Assembly (NCBI GenBank): GCA_963842355.1
Contig: CAWJGC010000006.1
Location: forward strand, 54,072-118,071
DNA length: 64,000 nucleotides
Source of the DNA: an uncultured Actinomycetota bacterium
GTDB lineage: Bacteria; Actinomycetota; Actinomycetes; Streptosporangiales; Streptosporangiaceae
Direction of reading: 5' to 3'
Below the pieces are notes generated by a model. It worked only from the letters and a program-made list of their open reading frames with translations, was not told the DNA's origin and searched no databases. The position numbers and the translations under genes were made by a program. The number at the start of each line of letters is the position of its first letter. The stretch's first letter is position 1. Below are positions 19,331 to 29,559 of this stretch, in pieces.

Positions 19331-20239
19331 ATGAAGGTGGGCTTTGTCGGCCTCGGTCACATGGGCGGGCCGATGAGCCGCAACATCCGCGCCGCCGGGC
19401 ACGACCTCGTCGTTCACGACCTGCGCCGCGAGGCCGCGGCGCTGGTCGTGGCCGCCGGCGCGTCGTGGGCGGGCGCGCCGCGCGAGGCCGCGCGGGACCG
19501 GGACGTGGTGATCACGATGCTGCAGACGCACTGGCAGGTGGAGGAGGTCCTGCTCGGTTCCGGCGGACTGCTGGACGGGCTGGCGCCCGGCGCCGTGTGG
19601 ATCGACATGTCCACGTCCGTGCCGTCCGTCGCGGACCGGGTGCGGGCCGTGGCCGAGCCCCGGGGCATCGAGGTTCTCGACGCCCCGGTCAGCGGCATGG
19701 CCAGCGGTGCCCGGGCGGGAACGCTGCAGATCTTCGTCGGCGGCCGGGCCACGACCTACCTGCGGGTCCGCCCGCTGCTCGAGGCGATGGGCGACCCGGA
19801 GCGGATCTTGCACGTGGGGCCGCACGGCGCCGGGTACACGGTCAAGCTGATGATCAACCTGCTGTGGTTCGCGCACCTGACCGCGACCGCCGAGGTGCTG
19901 AGCGTGGGCGCGGCGGCCGGGGTCGACCTGGCCACCCTGCGCCGGTGCCTGCTGGCCAGCCCCGCCGCCAGCCACTTCCTGGAGCGCGACGTGCTGTCGG
20001 TGCTGCGCGACGGTGACTACGACGAGTCGTTCGCGCTCGCCCTCGCCTGCAAGGATCTCGGCCTGGCCGTCGACCTGGCCCGGGACACCGGCGTGCCGGT
20101 CGAGGTGAGCGCGGTCGTCGAGCAGGTCTACCGGCGTGCCCGCACCCAGTACGGGGACGCGGGCGGCGAGATGCTGCCGATCAAGCTGCTCGAGGACCTC
20201 ACCGGTACCCCGCTCCGGATCGATACGCCGCAGGAGTGA
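19331..20239 (+). CDS. NAD(P)-dependent oxidoreductase, 3-hydroxyisobutyrate/6-phosphogluconate dehydrogenase-like
   Basis: VGFVGLGHMGGPMSRNI Rossmann motif. 302 aa. Confidence 0.85.
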   Translation: MKVGFVGLGHMGGPMSRNIRAAGHDLVVHDLRREAAALVVAAGASWAGAPREAARDRDVVITMLQTHWQVEEVLLGSGGLLDGLAPGAVWIDMSTSVPSVADRVRAVAEPRGIEVLDAPVSGMASGARAGTLQIFVGGRATTYLRVRPLLEAMGDPERILHVGPHGAGYTVKLMINLLWFAHLTATAEVLSVGAAAGVDLATLRRCLLASPAASHFLERDVLSVLRDGDYDESFALALACKDLGLAVDLARDTGVPVEVSAVVEQVYRRARTQYGDAGGEMLPIKLLEDLTGTPLRIDTPQE

Positions 20240-21483
20240 CCATGGCCCCCGCCCGCTCCGCCCTCGCCCGCTCCGCCCTCGCCGGCTCCGTCCCCTCCGC
20301 CCTCGCCGGCTCCGAGATCGTGATCGATCCCATGCGCGCCCACTTCGGCACCGGCGCGGTCACCCGGCTGCCCGGGGTGGTCCGCGGCCTCGGCGGGGAC
20401 GCCGTGGTCCTGGTCACCGACGCTGCGCTCGCGGGCACGCCCGTGGTCGCCCGCGTCACCGCGGTGCTCGACGCGGCGGGGACCGGCGTGACCGTGTTCG
20501 ACGGGGTGCACCCCAATCCGACCACCGGCGACCTGGCGGCCGGCGCGAAGGCCGTCGCGGCCGGCCGCACGGCGCGTCACCCTGAACCTTCCCGGGTGGT
20601 GCTGGTGGCCGTGGGCGGCGGGTCGCCGATCGACGCGGCCAAGGGGATCGCGATCGCCGCCGTCAACCCGCAGCGGGGGCGGGACCTCGACTACCGCGGG
20701 GAGTTCGCCAGCCCGGCGCTGCCCGTCGTGGCGATCCCGACGACCGCCGGCACCGGCGCCGAGACGAACGCGTTCGGGGTCGTGACCGATCCGGAAACGC
20801 GCCGGAAGTTCTACGTGGGCCACGCCAGCACGCGCCCGGCCGCCGCGATCCTCGACCCAGAGCTCACCATCGGCCTGCCGCCCCCGGCCACGGCCGCCAC
20901 CGGCATGGACGCGCTGACCCACGCCCTGGAGTCGTACCTGTCGATCCGGGCCAATCCGTGGGCGGGCGGCATCGCGTTGCAGGTCATGCGCATGATCGCG
21001 GTCTACCTGCCCCGGGCGTACGCCGACGGCCAGGACCTGGAAGCGAGATCCCAGATGCTGCTGGCCGCGCACATGGCGGGCATCGCGATGGCTACCACGG
21101 GCCTCGGCGTCTGCCATGCGATCGGTCACTCCCTCGGCGGCCGGTTCGACGTCGCGCACGGCGTCGCGCTCACCGTGCTGCTGCCGCACGTACTCAGGTT
21201 CAACGCCGACGTCTGCCGGGATCGCCTGGCCGACGTCGCGTTCGCGCTCGGCGTGGGCGACACGGGCCGGGCCAGCGGACCGAACGCCGATGCCGCCATC
21301 GACGCGATCGCCGGCCTGGCGGACCGGCTGGGGATGGCCCAGCGGCTGGCCGACCTGGGCATCACCGGTACGCACTTCGACCAGATCGCCGCGGACGCGC
21401 TCGACGACGAGGTCCTGGCCAACACCCCCCGCCCGCCGGCCGTCGCCGACATCCACGCGATCCTCGACGCCGCCCGCGGGTAA
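20236..21483 (+). CDS. iron-containing (group III) alcohol dehydrogenase
   Basis: GGGSPIDAAKGIA and HAIGHSLGGRFDVAHG metal-site motifs. The N-terminus carries a 15-bp repeat (ARSAL x2). Confidence 0.85.
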   Translation: MTMAPARSALARSALAGSVPSALAGSEIVIDPMRAHFGTGAVTRLPGVVRGLGGDAVVLVTDAALAGTPVVARVTAVLDAAGTGVTVFDGVHPNPTTGDLAAGAKAVAAGRTARHPEPSRVVLVAVGGGSPIDAAKGIAIAAVNPQRGRDLDYRGEFASPALPVVAIPTTAGTGAETNAFGVVTDPETRRKFYVGHASTRPAAAILDPELTIGLPPPATAATGMDALTHALESYLSIRANPWAGGIALQVMRMIAVYLPRAYADGQDLEARSQMLLAAHMAGIAMATTGLGVCHAIGHSLGGRFDVAHGVALTVLLPHVLRFNADVCRDRLADVAFALGVGDTGRASGPNADAAIDAIAGLADRLGMAQRLADLGITGTHFDQIAADALDDEVLANTPRPPAVADIHAILDAARG

Positions 21484-21506
21484 GCACCGGTCCCGCGCGC
21501 CCCGCG

Positions 21507-21685
21507 CCGCCTGCCCGGCCTGCCCCGCCTGCCCGGCCCGGCTGCCCGGCCCGCCTGCCCGGCCCGCCCCGCCTGCCCGGCCTGGCCCGCCTGCCCGGCC
21601 TGGCCCGCCTGCCCGGCCTGGCCCGCCTGCCCGGCCTGGCCCGCCTGCCCGGCCTGGCCCGCCTGTCCGGGCCGCCCGGGCCGGG
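21507..21685. repeat. C-rich minisatellite: 5 perfect 18-bp units (21571-21660) flanked by degenerate 9-12-bp variants
   Basis: Unit GCCTGCCCGGCCTGGCCC. Intergenic, starting ~24 bp after the Fe-ADH stop. Confidence 0.9.
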
Positions 21686-21726
21686 CAGGAGCGCCGGTCG
21701 TGGAGTCCGTAGCCGTAGCCGGCGAG

Positions 21727-21780
21727 GCCGGTGATGAATGTAAACCTGCTGTACACGGGTGTACACCAGACTCGCATTCA
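21727..21780 (+). repeat. dispersed nested-hairpin element, copy A (candidate structured RNA / 3'-end element)
   Basis: 43/54 nt identical to 55082-55135, including a 15-nt perfect block GCCGGTGATGAATGT. Outer stem TGAATG/CATTCA and inner stem TGTACAC/GTGTACA. Confidence 0.6.
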
Positions 21781-21904
21781 CGGCGGACGGGATGTCGGGC
21801 ACGAGGAGCGGACTGGGGACAAAGGTTTATGAATCGGGCAAATAGGCTCGAGTGTGGCGGCTACCTGCTCATCCTGGCGGCGACCCTCCGGCCAATGGCG
21901 CCGC

Positions 21905-22085
21905 GGGCCGCGTGCCCTTCCGCCGCGGGCCCCTCCCGCCGTGCCCCGGGCCCCTCCCGCGGGCCGCGTGCCCTTCCGCCGCGGGCCCCTCCCGCCGTGC
22001 CCCGGGCCCCCTCCCGCCGTGCTACGGGTCGCGTGCCCTTCCGCTGCGTGCTCCCGTTGTGCCGCGGGCCGCGTACCCCTCCCGG
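21905..22085. repeat. C-rich minisatellite, ~56-bp unit x ~3 (third copy degenerate), upstream of hutU
   Basis: Unit GGGCCGCGTGCCCTTCCGCCGCGGGCCCCTCCCGCCGTGCCCCGGGCCCCTCCCGC, with internal GGGCCCCTCCCGC sub-repeats. Confidence 0.85.
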
Positions 22086-22173
22086 CCCAGGACGGCGGGC
22101 TCGGGTAGATGATGAACCGGTAGCGGCGGCCAGCCCGCCGCGGACCGACCACTGCCCTGACGAGGAGTCGGCC

Positions 22174-23877
<1,704 letters not shown>

Positions 23878-23887
23878 GTGAGGCGGG

Positions 23888-25150
23888 ATGAGCCCTGTGC
23901 CGACCCGGCGGGCGGAGGAGGGCGCGATGGGCTTCGCCGAGCTGTGGGACTCACTGCTCCCCGTCGGCCGGGACGCGGCCACCGGCGGGTACCGGCGCTG
24001 CTCGTTCACCGACGCCGACACGGCCTGCCGCAACTGGTTCTTCAAACAGGCTTCAGAACGCAGCCTCCGCGCCCACTGCGACCGCAACGGCAACCTCTGG
24101 GCCCGGTGGGACGTGCCCGCCGGGGACCCGGGCAGCACCTGCATCGTCACCGGGAGCCATCTCGACTCGGTGCCGGACGGGGGAGCCTACGACGGACCGC
24201 TCGGCGTGGTCGGCGGCTTCGCGGCGATCGACCTGCTCCGGGCCCGCGGGTTCGTCCCGGCCAGGCCGGTCGCCGTGGCCGCGTTCTGCGAGGAGGAGGG
24301 CGCCAGGTTCGGCGTGGCCTGCCTGGGCAGCCGCCTGATGACCGGGGTCCTCGAACCCCAGGCCGCCCGCGAACTGCGCGACGACCACGGGGTGCGCCTG
24401 GCCGAGGCCATGGCCGGCGCCGGGCTCGATCCCGCGGGGTTGGGGGCCGACGACGATCTGCTCGCCGGCCTCGGCGCGTTCGTCGAACTGCACATCGAGC
24501 AGGGCAGCGCCCTGGGCGGGCTCGGCGCGGCGGTGGGAATCGCGGAGGGCATCTGGCCGCACGGCCGCTGGCGGATGGAGTTCACCGGCCGGGCCGACCA
24601 CGCGGGCACCACCCGGATCTCCGACCGCCGCGATCCGATGCTCCCGTACGCGGCCACGGTGCTCGAGGCCAGGCAGGCCGCGGCCGCCTGCGGAGCGCTG
24701 GCCACGTTCGGTAAGGTCACAGCCGAGCCAGGGGGCGCCAACGCGATCTGCGCCACGGTCCGCACGTGGCTGGACGCGCGGGCGCCGGACCAGATCGTGC
24801 TCGATCACATGGTCGGCCAGATCGAGGACACCGCGCGGCGGGCCGCGGCGGCCCAGGGGGTTGACGTCAGCATGCACAGGGAGTCGTTCACCCCGCCGGT
24901 GGAGTTCGACCCGGCGCTGCGGGCGCGGCTGGCCCGGGCGCTCGCGGCCCGGGGGACGCCGGCGCCGGCGCTGGCCACGGGGGCCGGACACGATGCCGGG
25001 GTGCTGGCGGCCCGGCTGCCCACCGCCATGCTCTTCGTCCGCAACCCCTCCGGCGTGTCCCACTCGCCGGCCGAGCGCGCCGGCCCGGCCGACTGCGAGG
25101 CGGGCGTGGCGGCGCTGGCGGTCGTACTCGAGGAGCTGGCCGGAACATGA
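23888..25150 (+). CDS. allantoate amidohydrolase / N-carbamoyl-amino-acid hydrolase family (M20) enzyme, hut-operon member
   Basis: VTGSHLDSVPDGGAYDGPLGV metal-binding motif. Lies between hutU and hutF, as in other actinomycete hut operons. Confidence 0.85.
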   Translation: MSPVPTRRAEEGAMGFAELWDSLLPVGRDAATGGYRRCSFTDADTACRNWFFKQASERSLRAHCDRNGNLWARWDVPAGDPGSTCIVTGSHLDSVPDGGAYDGPLGVVGGFAAIDLLRARGFVPARPVAVAAFCEEEGARFGVACLGSRLMTGVLEPQAARELRDDHGVRLAEAMAGAGLDPAGLGADDDLLAGLGAFVELHIEQGSALGGLGAAVGIAEGIWPHGRWRMEFTGRADHAGTTRISDRRDPMLPYAATVLEARQAAAACGALATFGKVTAEPGGANAICATVRTWLDARAPDQIVLDHMVGQIEDTARRAAAAQGVDVSMHRESFTPPVEFDPALRARLARALAARGTPAPALATGAGHDAGVLAARLPTAMLFVRNPSGVSHSPAERAGPADCEAGVAALAVVLEELAGT

Positions 25151-26745
25151 CTCCCGCCGCCGACCCCGCCCCCCCGGCCACCCCGGCCCCGCGCAGTGAA
25201 GCTCCGCCCGGCCCGGTCCCGCCCGCCAGGATCCCGTCCGGCCTGGAGTCGTCCGGCCTGGAGTCGTCCGGCCTGGAGTCGTCCGGCCTGGAGTCGTCCG
25301 GCCTGGAGTCGTCCGGCCTGGAGTCGCCCGGGCCCGGGCCGCTGCCGGCCCGGCAGCAGCGGGCCTGGCACGCCGAGCTGGCCTGGCTGCCCGGGCGCGG
25401 GGTCTGCCCCGACGTCCTGATCGAGGCGGCCGGGGACCGGTTCACCGCCGTCACCCCCGAGGTGCGGGCCAGCGACCTCCCCGATGATCTCCGGGCCCGG
25501 CTGATCAGGCTCCCCGGCCTGACCCTGCCCGGCATGGCCAACGCCCACTCGCATGCGTTCCACCGCGCCCTGCGCGGGATCACCCAGGTCGGCCTGGGCA
25601 CGTTCTGGACCTGGCGGGAGCGGATGTACGAGGTGGCCGCCCGGCTCGACCCGGACAGCTACCTGGCCCTGGCCCGCGCGGTCTACGCCGAGATGGCGCT
25701 GGCCGGCATCACCTGCGTCGGTGAGTTCCACTACCTGCACCATGGCCCGGACGGCACGCCGTACGCCGACCCGAACGAGATGGGCCGGGCCCTGATCACC
25801 GCCGCCGCGGAGGCGGGGATCCGGATCACGCTGCTGGACACCTGCTACCTGTCCGGCGGGCTCAGCCGCCGCGGCGAGGCGCAGCCGCTGGTCGGCGCCC
25901 AGCTGCGGTTCGGCGACCGCGACGGAGAGGCGTGGGCGGCCCGGGCCGGCGCGCTCGGCGCTGACTCCCACGGGCTGCTCAGCCTGCTGGCCCGCGCCGG
26001 AGCCGCGATCCACTCGGTCCGGGCCGTGCCGCTGGACCAGATGCACCCGGTGATCGCGTGGGCGCAGCGGATCGGCGCGCCGCTGCACGCGCACCTCTCG
26101 GAGCAGCCCGCTGAGAACGAGGCGTGCCTGGCCGCCTACCGGCGCACACCCGCCGAGCTGCTCTACGACGCGAACGCTCTCGGGCCGCGCGCGACGGTCG
26201 TGCACGCCACCCACCTCGTCGGCCGTGACGTCGAGTTGCTCGGCGGCAGCCGGACGTTCGTCTGCCTCTGCCCGACGACCGAGGCCGACCTGGCCGACGG
26301 GATCGGGCCGGCCCGCGAGCTGGCCGCGGCGGGCAGCCCGCTGACGCTCGGCACCGACAGCCAGGCCGTGATCGACATGTTCGAGGAGGCGCGCGGCGTC
26401 GAGCTCGGCGCGCGCCTCACCAGCGGCCAGCGCGGGCACTTCCGGGCCGGCGAGCTCGCCCGGGCGGCCACCACCGACGGGCACGCCAGCCTCGGCTGGC
26501 CGGACGCCGGCGAGATCGCGGCGGGTGCGATCGCCGACCTGGTCACGGTCACGCTGGACTCGACCCGGCTGGCCGGGGCGACGACCCCGCGGACCGCGCT
26601 TGCGATGGTCGTCTTCGCCGGGTCAGCGGCCGACGTCCGCAACGTCGTGGTCGGCGGCGCCGACCTGGTCGTGGACGGGCATCACCGGCTGGTCGACGAC
26701 GTCCCCGCCGCGCTGCGCGCCGCCATCCGCCCCCTGCTCGCCTAA
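25147..26745 (+). CDS. hutF: formimidoylglutamate deiminase with N-terminal SGLES x6 repeat insertion
   Basis: Amidohydrolase motif [22 protein letters not shown] start/stop overlap with the upstream gene. Confidence 0.85.
   Translation: MTPAADPAPPATPAPRSEAPPGPVPPARIPSGLESSGLESSGLESSGLESSGLESSGLESPGPGPLPARQQRAWHAELAWLPGRGVCPDVLIEAAGDRFTAVTPEVRASDLPDDLRARLIRLPGLTLPGMANAHSHAFHRALRGITQVGLGTFWTWRERMYEVAARLDPDSYLALARAVYAEMALAGITCVGEFHYLHHGPDGTPYADPNEMGRALITAAAEAGIRITLLDTCYLSGGLSRRGEAQPLVGAQLRFGDRDGEAWAARAGALGADSHGLLSLLARAGAAIHSVRAVPLDQMHPVIAWAQRIGAPLHAHLSEQPAENEACLAAYRRTPAELLYDANALGPRATVVHATHLVGRDVELLGGSRTFVCLCPTTEADLADGIGPARELAAAGSPLTLGTDSQAVIDMFEEARGVELGARLTSGQRGHFRAGELARAATTDGHASLGWPDAGEIAAGAIADLVTVTLDSTRLAGATTPRTALAMVVFAGSAADVRNVVVGGADLVVDGHHRLVDDVPAALRAAIRPLLA
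25237..25326 (+). repeat. 6 perfect copies of a 15-bp unit inside hutF
   Basis: TCCGGCCTGGAGTCG x6, translating to SGLES x6. Confidence 0.95.
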
Positions 26746-26878
26746 GGTCGCGGGGGCCGCCCGTCGATTACCCGGGCCGCCGTCCCCGGGTATCACGGAC
26801 GGGACACCCCGCGCGATTCGTCAGCCTGCGCAACTGCGGAAATCCCCGGATGTGGCAGCATACGCACGGGAGGCGGGC

Positions 26879-28327
26879 GTGAGCGTCCTGATCACGAATA
26901 TCGGCGAGCTGGTCACCAACCAGCCGGAGGCCGGGGCCGCGCCGCGCGCTGCCGGGCAGGGCGTCGGCGGGGTGGCGCGCGGCGGCGGGCAGGGCGTCGG
27001 CGGGGTGGCGCGCGGCGGCGGGCAGGGCGTCGGCGGGGTGGCGCGCGGCGGCGGGCAGGGCGTCGGCGGGGTGGCGCGCGGCGGCGGGCAGGGCGTCGGC
27101 GGGGTGGCGCGCGGCGGCGGGCAGGGCGTCGGCGGGGTGGCGCGCGGCGGCGGGCAGGGCGTCGGCGGGGTGGCGCGCGGCGCCGGGCGGGGCGTCGGCG
27201 GGCCCGGGGGGCCGGGACCGTTCGCCGCGGTGGCCGGGGCCGCGCTGGTGATCGACGAAGGGCGGGTGGCCTGGACCGGGCCGGCGTCGCACGCGCCCGC
27301 CGCGGACCAGGTGATCGACGCCGAGGGGCGGGCCGTGCTGCCCGGGTTCGTCGACTCCCATGCGCACCTGGTCTTCGCCGGCGAGCGCGGCGCGGAGTTC
27401 GCCGCCCGGATGGCCGGCCAGCCCTACCGGGCCGGGGGCATCCGCAGTACGGTCGCGGCCACCCGGAGCGCCGGCGACGACCAGCTCCGGGCCAACCTGC
27501 GGAAGCTGGCCGCGGAGATGCTCGTCCAGGGCACCACGACGTTCGAGTGCAAGTCCGGCTACGGGCTCACCGTGCCCGACGAGGCGCGCAGCGTCGCGCT
27601 GGCCGCGGAGGTCACCCCCGAGGTGACCTACCTGGGCGCGCACGTGGTCCCGCCGGAGTTCGAGCCGAACCCGGGCGGATACGTGGACCTGGTCTGCGGC
27701 GCGATGCTGGACGCGTGCGCGCCGCACGCGAAGTGGGTGGACGTGTTCTGTGAGCGGGGGGCCTTCGGCGCGGACGAGGCCGCGGCCGTGCTGGCCGCGG
27801 GCGCGGCCGCGGGCCTGCGGCCGCGGGTGCACGCCAACCAGCTCGGAACCGGGCCCGGGGTGCAGCTCGCCGTGCGGGCAGGCGCGGCGTCCGCCGACCA
27901 CTGCACCTACCTCGACGACGCCGACGTCGACGCGCTGGCCTCCTCGTCGACCGTGGCGACCCTGCTGCCCGGGGTGGAGTTCTCCACCCGCCATCCTTAC
28001 CCGGACGGGCGCAGGCTGCTGGACGCGGGCGCGACCGTGGCTCTGGCCACCGACTGCAACCCCGGTTCTTGCTTCACCTCCAGCATGGCGCTGTGCATCG
28101 CGCTGGCCGTGCGCGAGATGCACCTGACCACGCAGGAGGCCGTGTGGGCGGCCACGGCGGGAGGCGCCCGGGCCCTGCGCCGGACCGACGTCGGGCACCT
28201 GGGCGTCGGAGCGCGGGCGGACCTGGTCATGCTCGACGCGCCGTCGCACGCCTACCTGGCCTACCGGCCCGGCGTTCCGCTCGTGGCCGCCGTATGGCGG
28301 GGGGGCGAGCGCGTGGCCGGGCGCTGA
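26879..28327 (+). CDS. hutI: imidazolonepropionase with 7 x 11-aa repeat insertion
   Basis: GTG 26879 after a GGGAGG SD gives [14 protein letters not shown], a family-typical N-terminus. [15 protein letters not shown] motif. Confidence 0.85.
   Translation: MSVLITNIGELVTNQPEAGAAPRAAGQGVGGVARGGGQGVGGVARGGGQGVGGVARGGGQGVGGVARGGGQGVGGVARGGGQGVGGVARGGGQGVGGVARGAGRGVGGPGGPGPFAAVAGAALVIDEGRVAWTGPASHAPAADQVIDAEGRAVLPGFVDSHAHLVFAGERGAEFAARMAGQPYRAGGIRSTVAATRSAGDDQLRANLRKLAAEMLVQGTTTFECKSGYGLTVPDEARSVALAAEVTPEVTYLGAHVVPPEFEPNPGGYVDLVCGAMLDACAPHAKWVDVFCERGAFGADEAAAVLAAGAAAGLRPRVHANQLGTGPGVQLAVRAGAASADHCTYLDDADVDALASSSTVATLLPGVEFSTRHPYPDGRRLLDAGATVALATDCNPGSCFTSSMALCIALAVREMHLTTQEAVWAATAGGARALRRTDVGHLGVGARADLVMLDAPSHAYLAYRPGVPLVAAVWRGGERVAGR
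26954..27210 (+). repeat. 33-bp minisatellite: 6 perfect units, 1 near-perfect, 1 degenerate, inside hutI
   Basis: GGGCAGGGCGTCGGCGGGGTGGCGCGCGGCGGC, translating to [11 protein letters not shown] x7. Confidence 0.95.
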
Positions 28328-28332
28328 GCAAT

Positions 28333-28384
28333 GTGGTGGAGGGCACCCAGCTGTTGCTAGAGGAACAGCAGGGGCCCCCCACAC
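28333..28384 (+). terminator. long imperfect stem-loop directly after the hutI stop (possible factor-independent terminator)
   Basis: GTGGTGGAGGGCACCCAGCTGTT...AACAGCAGGGGCCCCCCACAC. No U-tract. Confidence 0.3.
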
Positions 28385-28472
28385 TGCTCGCGGCGGGCGG
28401 GTGGCGGGCAGGACGAGGCGCCGTCGTAACTCTGCGTGCTTACCCGGCGCCCGCTGAGGGTAGCTTGCCCGC

Positions 28473-29024
28473 ATGCGCACACGGAACGGGGCCGTCCGCG
28501 AGCTGACGCTCGTGCTCGAGGAAGCCGACGAGCTCTTCGTGCCCCGTGCGCCCGACCTGGCGTCCGGGGTGCCCGCCCTGGCGTCAGGGATCGAGCGGAT
28601 CCAGAGCGAGCTCGGCTCGCGCTCGCTCCGGACCGCGGTCGCGACCGTGATCGTGCTGCCCCGCGCCAGGCTCCGGCCTGATCTTGCGCGTGACATATCG
28701 CGAACCATCGAGCGCTACTGCGAGGTCGGCATCAGGCAAGCGGACGACGAGCTCAGGGCGTTGCACCGGGAAGGCACCCGGTTCCTGGTGTTCGGGTGCA
28801 TCGTGCTGGCCGCCTTCCTCTACTTCTCCGAGCGAGTACTGGCCAGCAGCCTGCCGTACGTCATCAGGGACTTCTTCGGCAACGGGCTGTTCCTCGTCGT
28901 GGCGTGGGTCGGCCTGTGGTATCCGATCGACACGCTGATCTACAGCGGGCGGCCGTACCGCCTGCGCAAGAGCGTGCTCCGCGTGATGCAGGAGATGCAG
29001 ATCGTCGTCCGGGCGGCGGACTGA
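28473..29024 (+). CDS. hypothetical membrane protein (two predicted TM helices in the C-terminal half)
   Basis: 183-aa ORF with hydrophobic segments FLVFGCIVLAAFLYF and LFLVVAWVGLWYPI. No family recognised. Confidence 0.5.
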   Translation: MRTRNGAVRELTLVLEEADELFVPRAPDLASGVPALASGIERIQSELGSRSLRTAVATVIVLPRARLRPDLARDISRTIERYCEVGIRQADDELRALHREGTRFLVFGCIVLAAFLYFSERVLASSLPYVIRDFFGNGLFLVVAWVGLWYPIDTLIYSGRPYRLRKSVLRVMQEMQIVVRAAD

Positions 29025-29046
29025 GCGGCCGGGCGGCGCGGCGGGT

Positions 29047-29559
29047 TCACGCCGGGGAGCGCAGATACCGGCCGCGGAACCTGACCAGGGGCTGGCCCGC
29101 CTCGGCGACGTAGGGGACGCCGAGCACCCGGGCGATCACCAGCAGGTGGTCGCCCGCCTCGACCCGCTGCGTGGCCTCGCACTCCAGGGCGGCGAGGCCG
29201 GCGGTGGCGAACAGCGCCCCGGACAGCGATCCGCGCCGGTGCGGTACCCCGTCGAGCAGCAGCCTCGCGCCGGGACGGCCGGACGCAGCGAACCGGCCGG
29301 CCAGCACCCGCTGGTCCGCCGCGAGCACGGTCACGGCGAACCGGTCGATCCGGCCGAGCAGCTCGGCCGGGTACGAGCCCGCGATCAGGGAGACCAGCAC
29401 CAGCGGCGGGTCGCCGGACACCGGGCAGAACGCGCTGACCGTGGTTCCGACGTCGTCCCGGCCGTCGGCCACCGTGACCAGGGTGACCCCGGAGGCAAAC
29501 GCCGCGAACACGTCACCGGTGGGGGGCCTGGAGTCGGGCGCGACTATCCGTTCTGTCAA
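29047..29559 (-). CDS. flavin reductase family protein
   Basis: GVTLVTVADGRDDVGTTVSAFCPVSGDPPLVLVSL split-barrel motif. The TTG start at 29559 overlaps the sppA TGA (TTGA). Confidence 0.75.
   Translation of the reverse strand: MTERIVAPDSRPPTGDVFAAFASGVTLVTVADGRDDVGTTVSAFCPVSGDPPLVLVSLIAGSYPAELLGRIDRFAVTVLAADQRVLAGRFAASGRPGARLLLDGVPHRRGSLSGALFATAGLAALECEATQRVEAGDHLLVIARVLGVPYVAEAGQPLVRFRGRYLRSPA

Noticed and set aside
21759-21766. GTGTACAC in element A as a HutC/GntR-type operator (GT-N-TA-N-AC) controlling hutU
   Set aside because: The same element, with a degenerate box GTGTGCAC, occurs downstream of mdh, unrelated to hut. No hutC gene is in the window, and an 8-mer match is weak evidence.
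21734-21832. 32-aa small protein ([32 protein letters not shown]) encoded in hairpin element A, with a related ORF start in element B
   Set aside because: Not adopted as the primary call. Codon third positions are AT-rich, unlike genes here. The B copy has no nearby stop and runs into a minisatellite. Similar peptide identity is obtained on the opposite strand, as expected for ~80% nucleotide identity. The compensatory stem change favours a structural element. It is kept as an alternative in the finding.
21700-22173. N-terminal 158-aa extension of hutU (725-aa ORF)
   Set aside because: The extension is a translation of the hairpin element and the repeat arrays. A GAGGAG SD and ATG at 22174 give a normal-length (567-aa) urocanase.
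26525-26878. N-terminal extension of hutI (600-aa ORF)
   Set aside because: The extension overlaps the 3' end of hutF out of frame and is Arg/Pro-rich. GTG 26879 with a GGGAGG SD gives the family-typical N-terminus.
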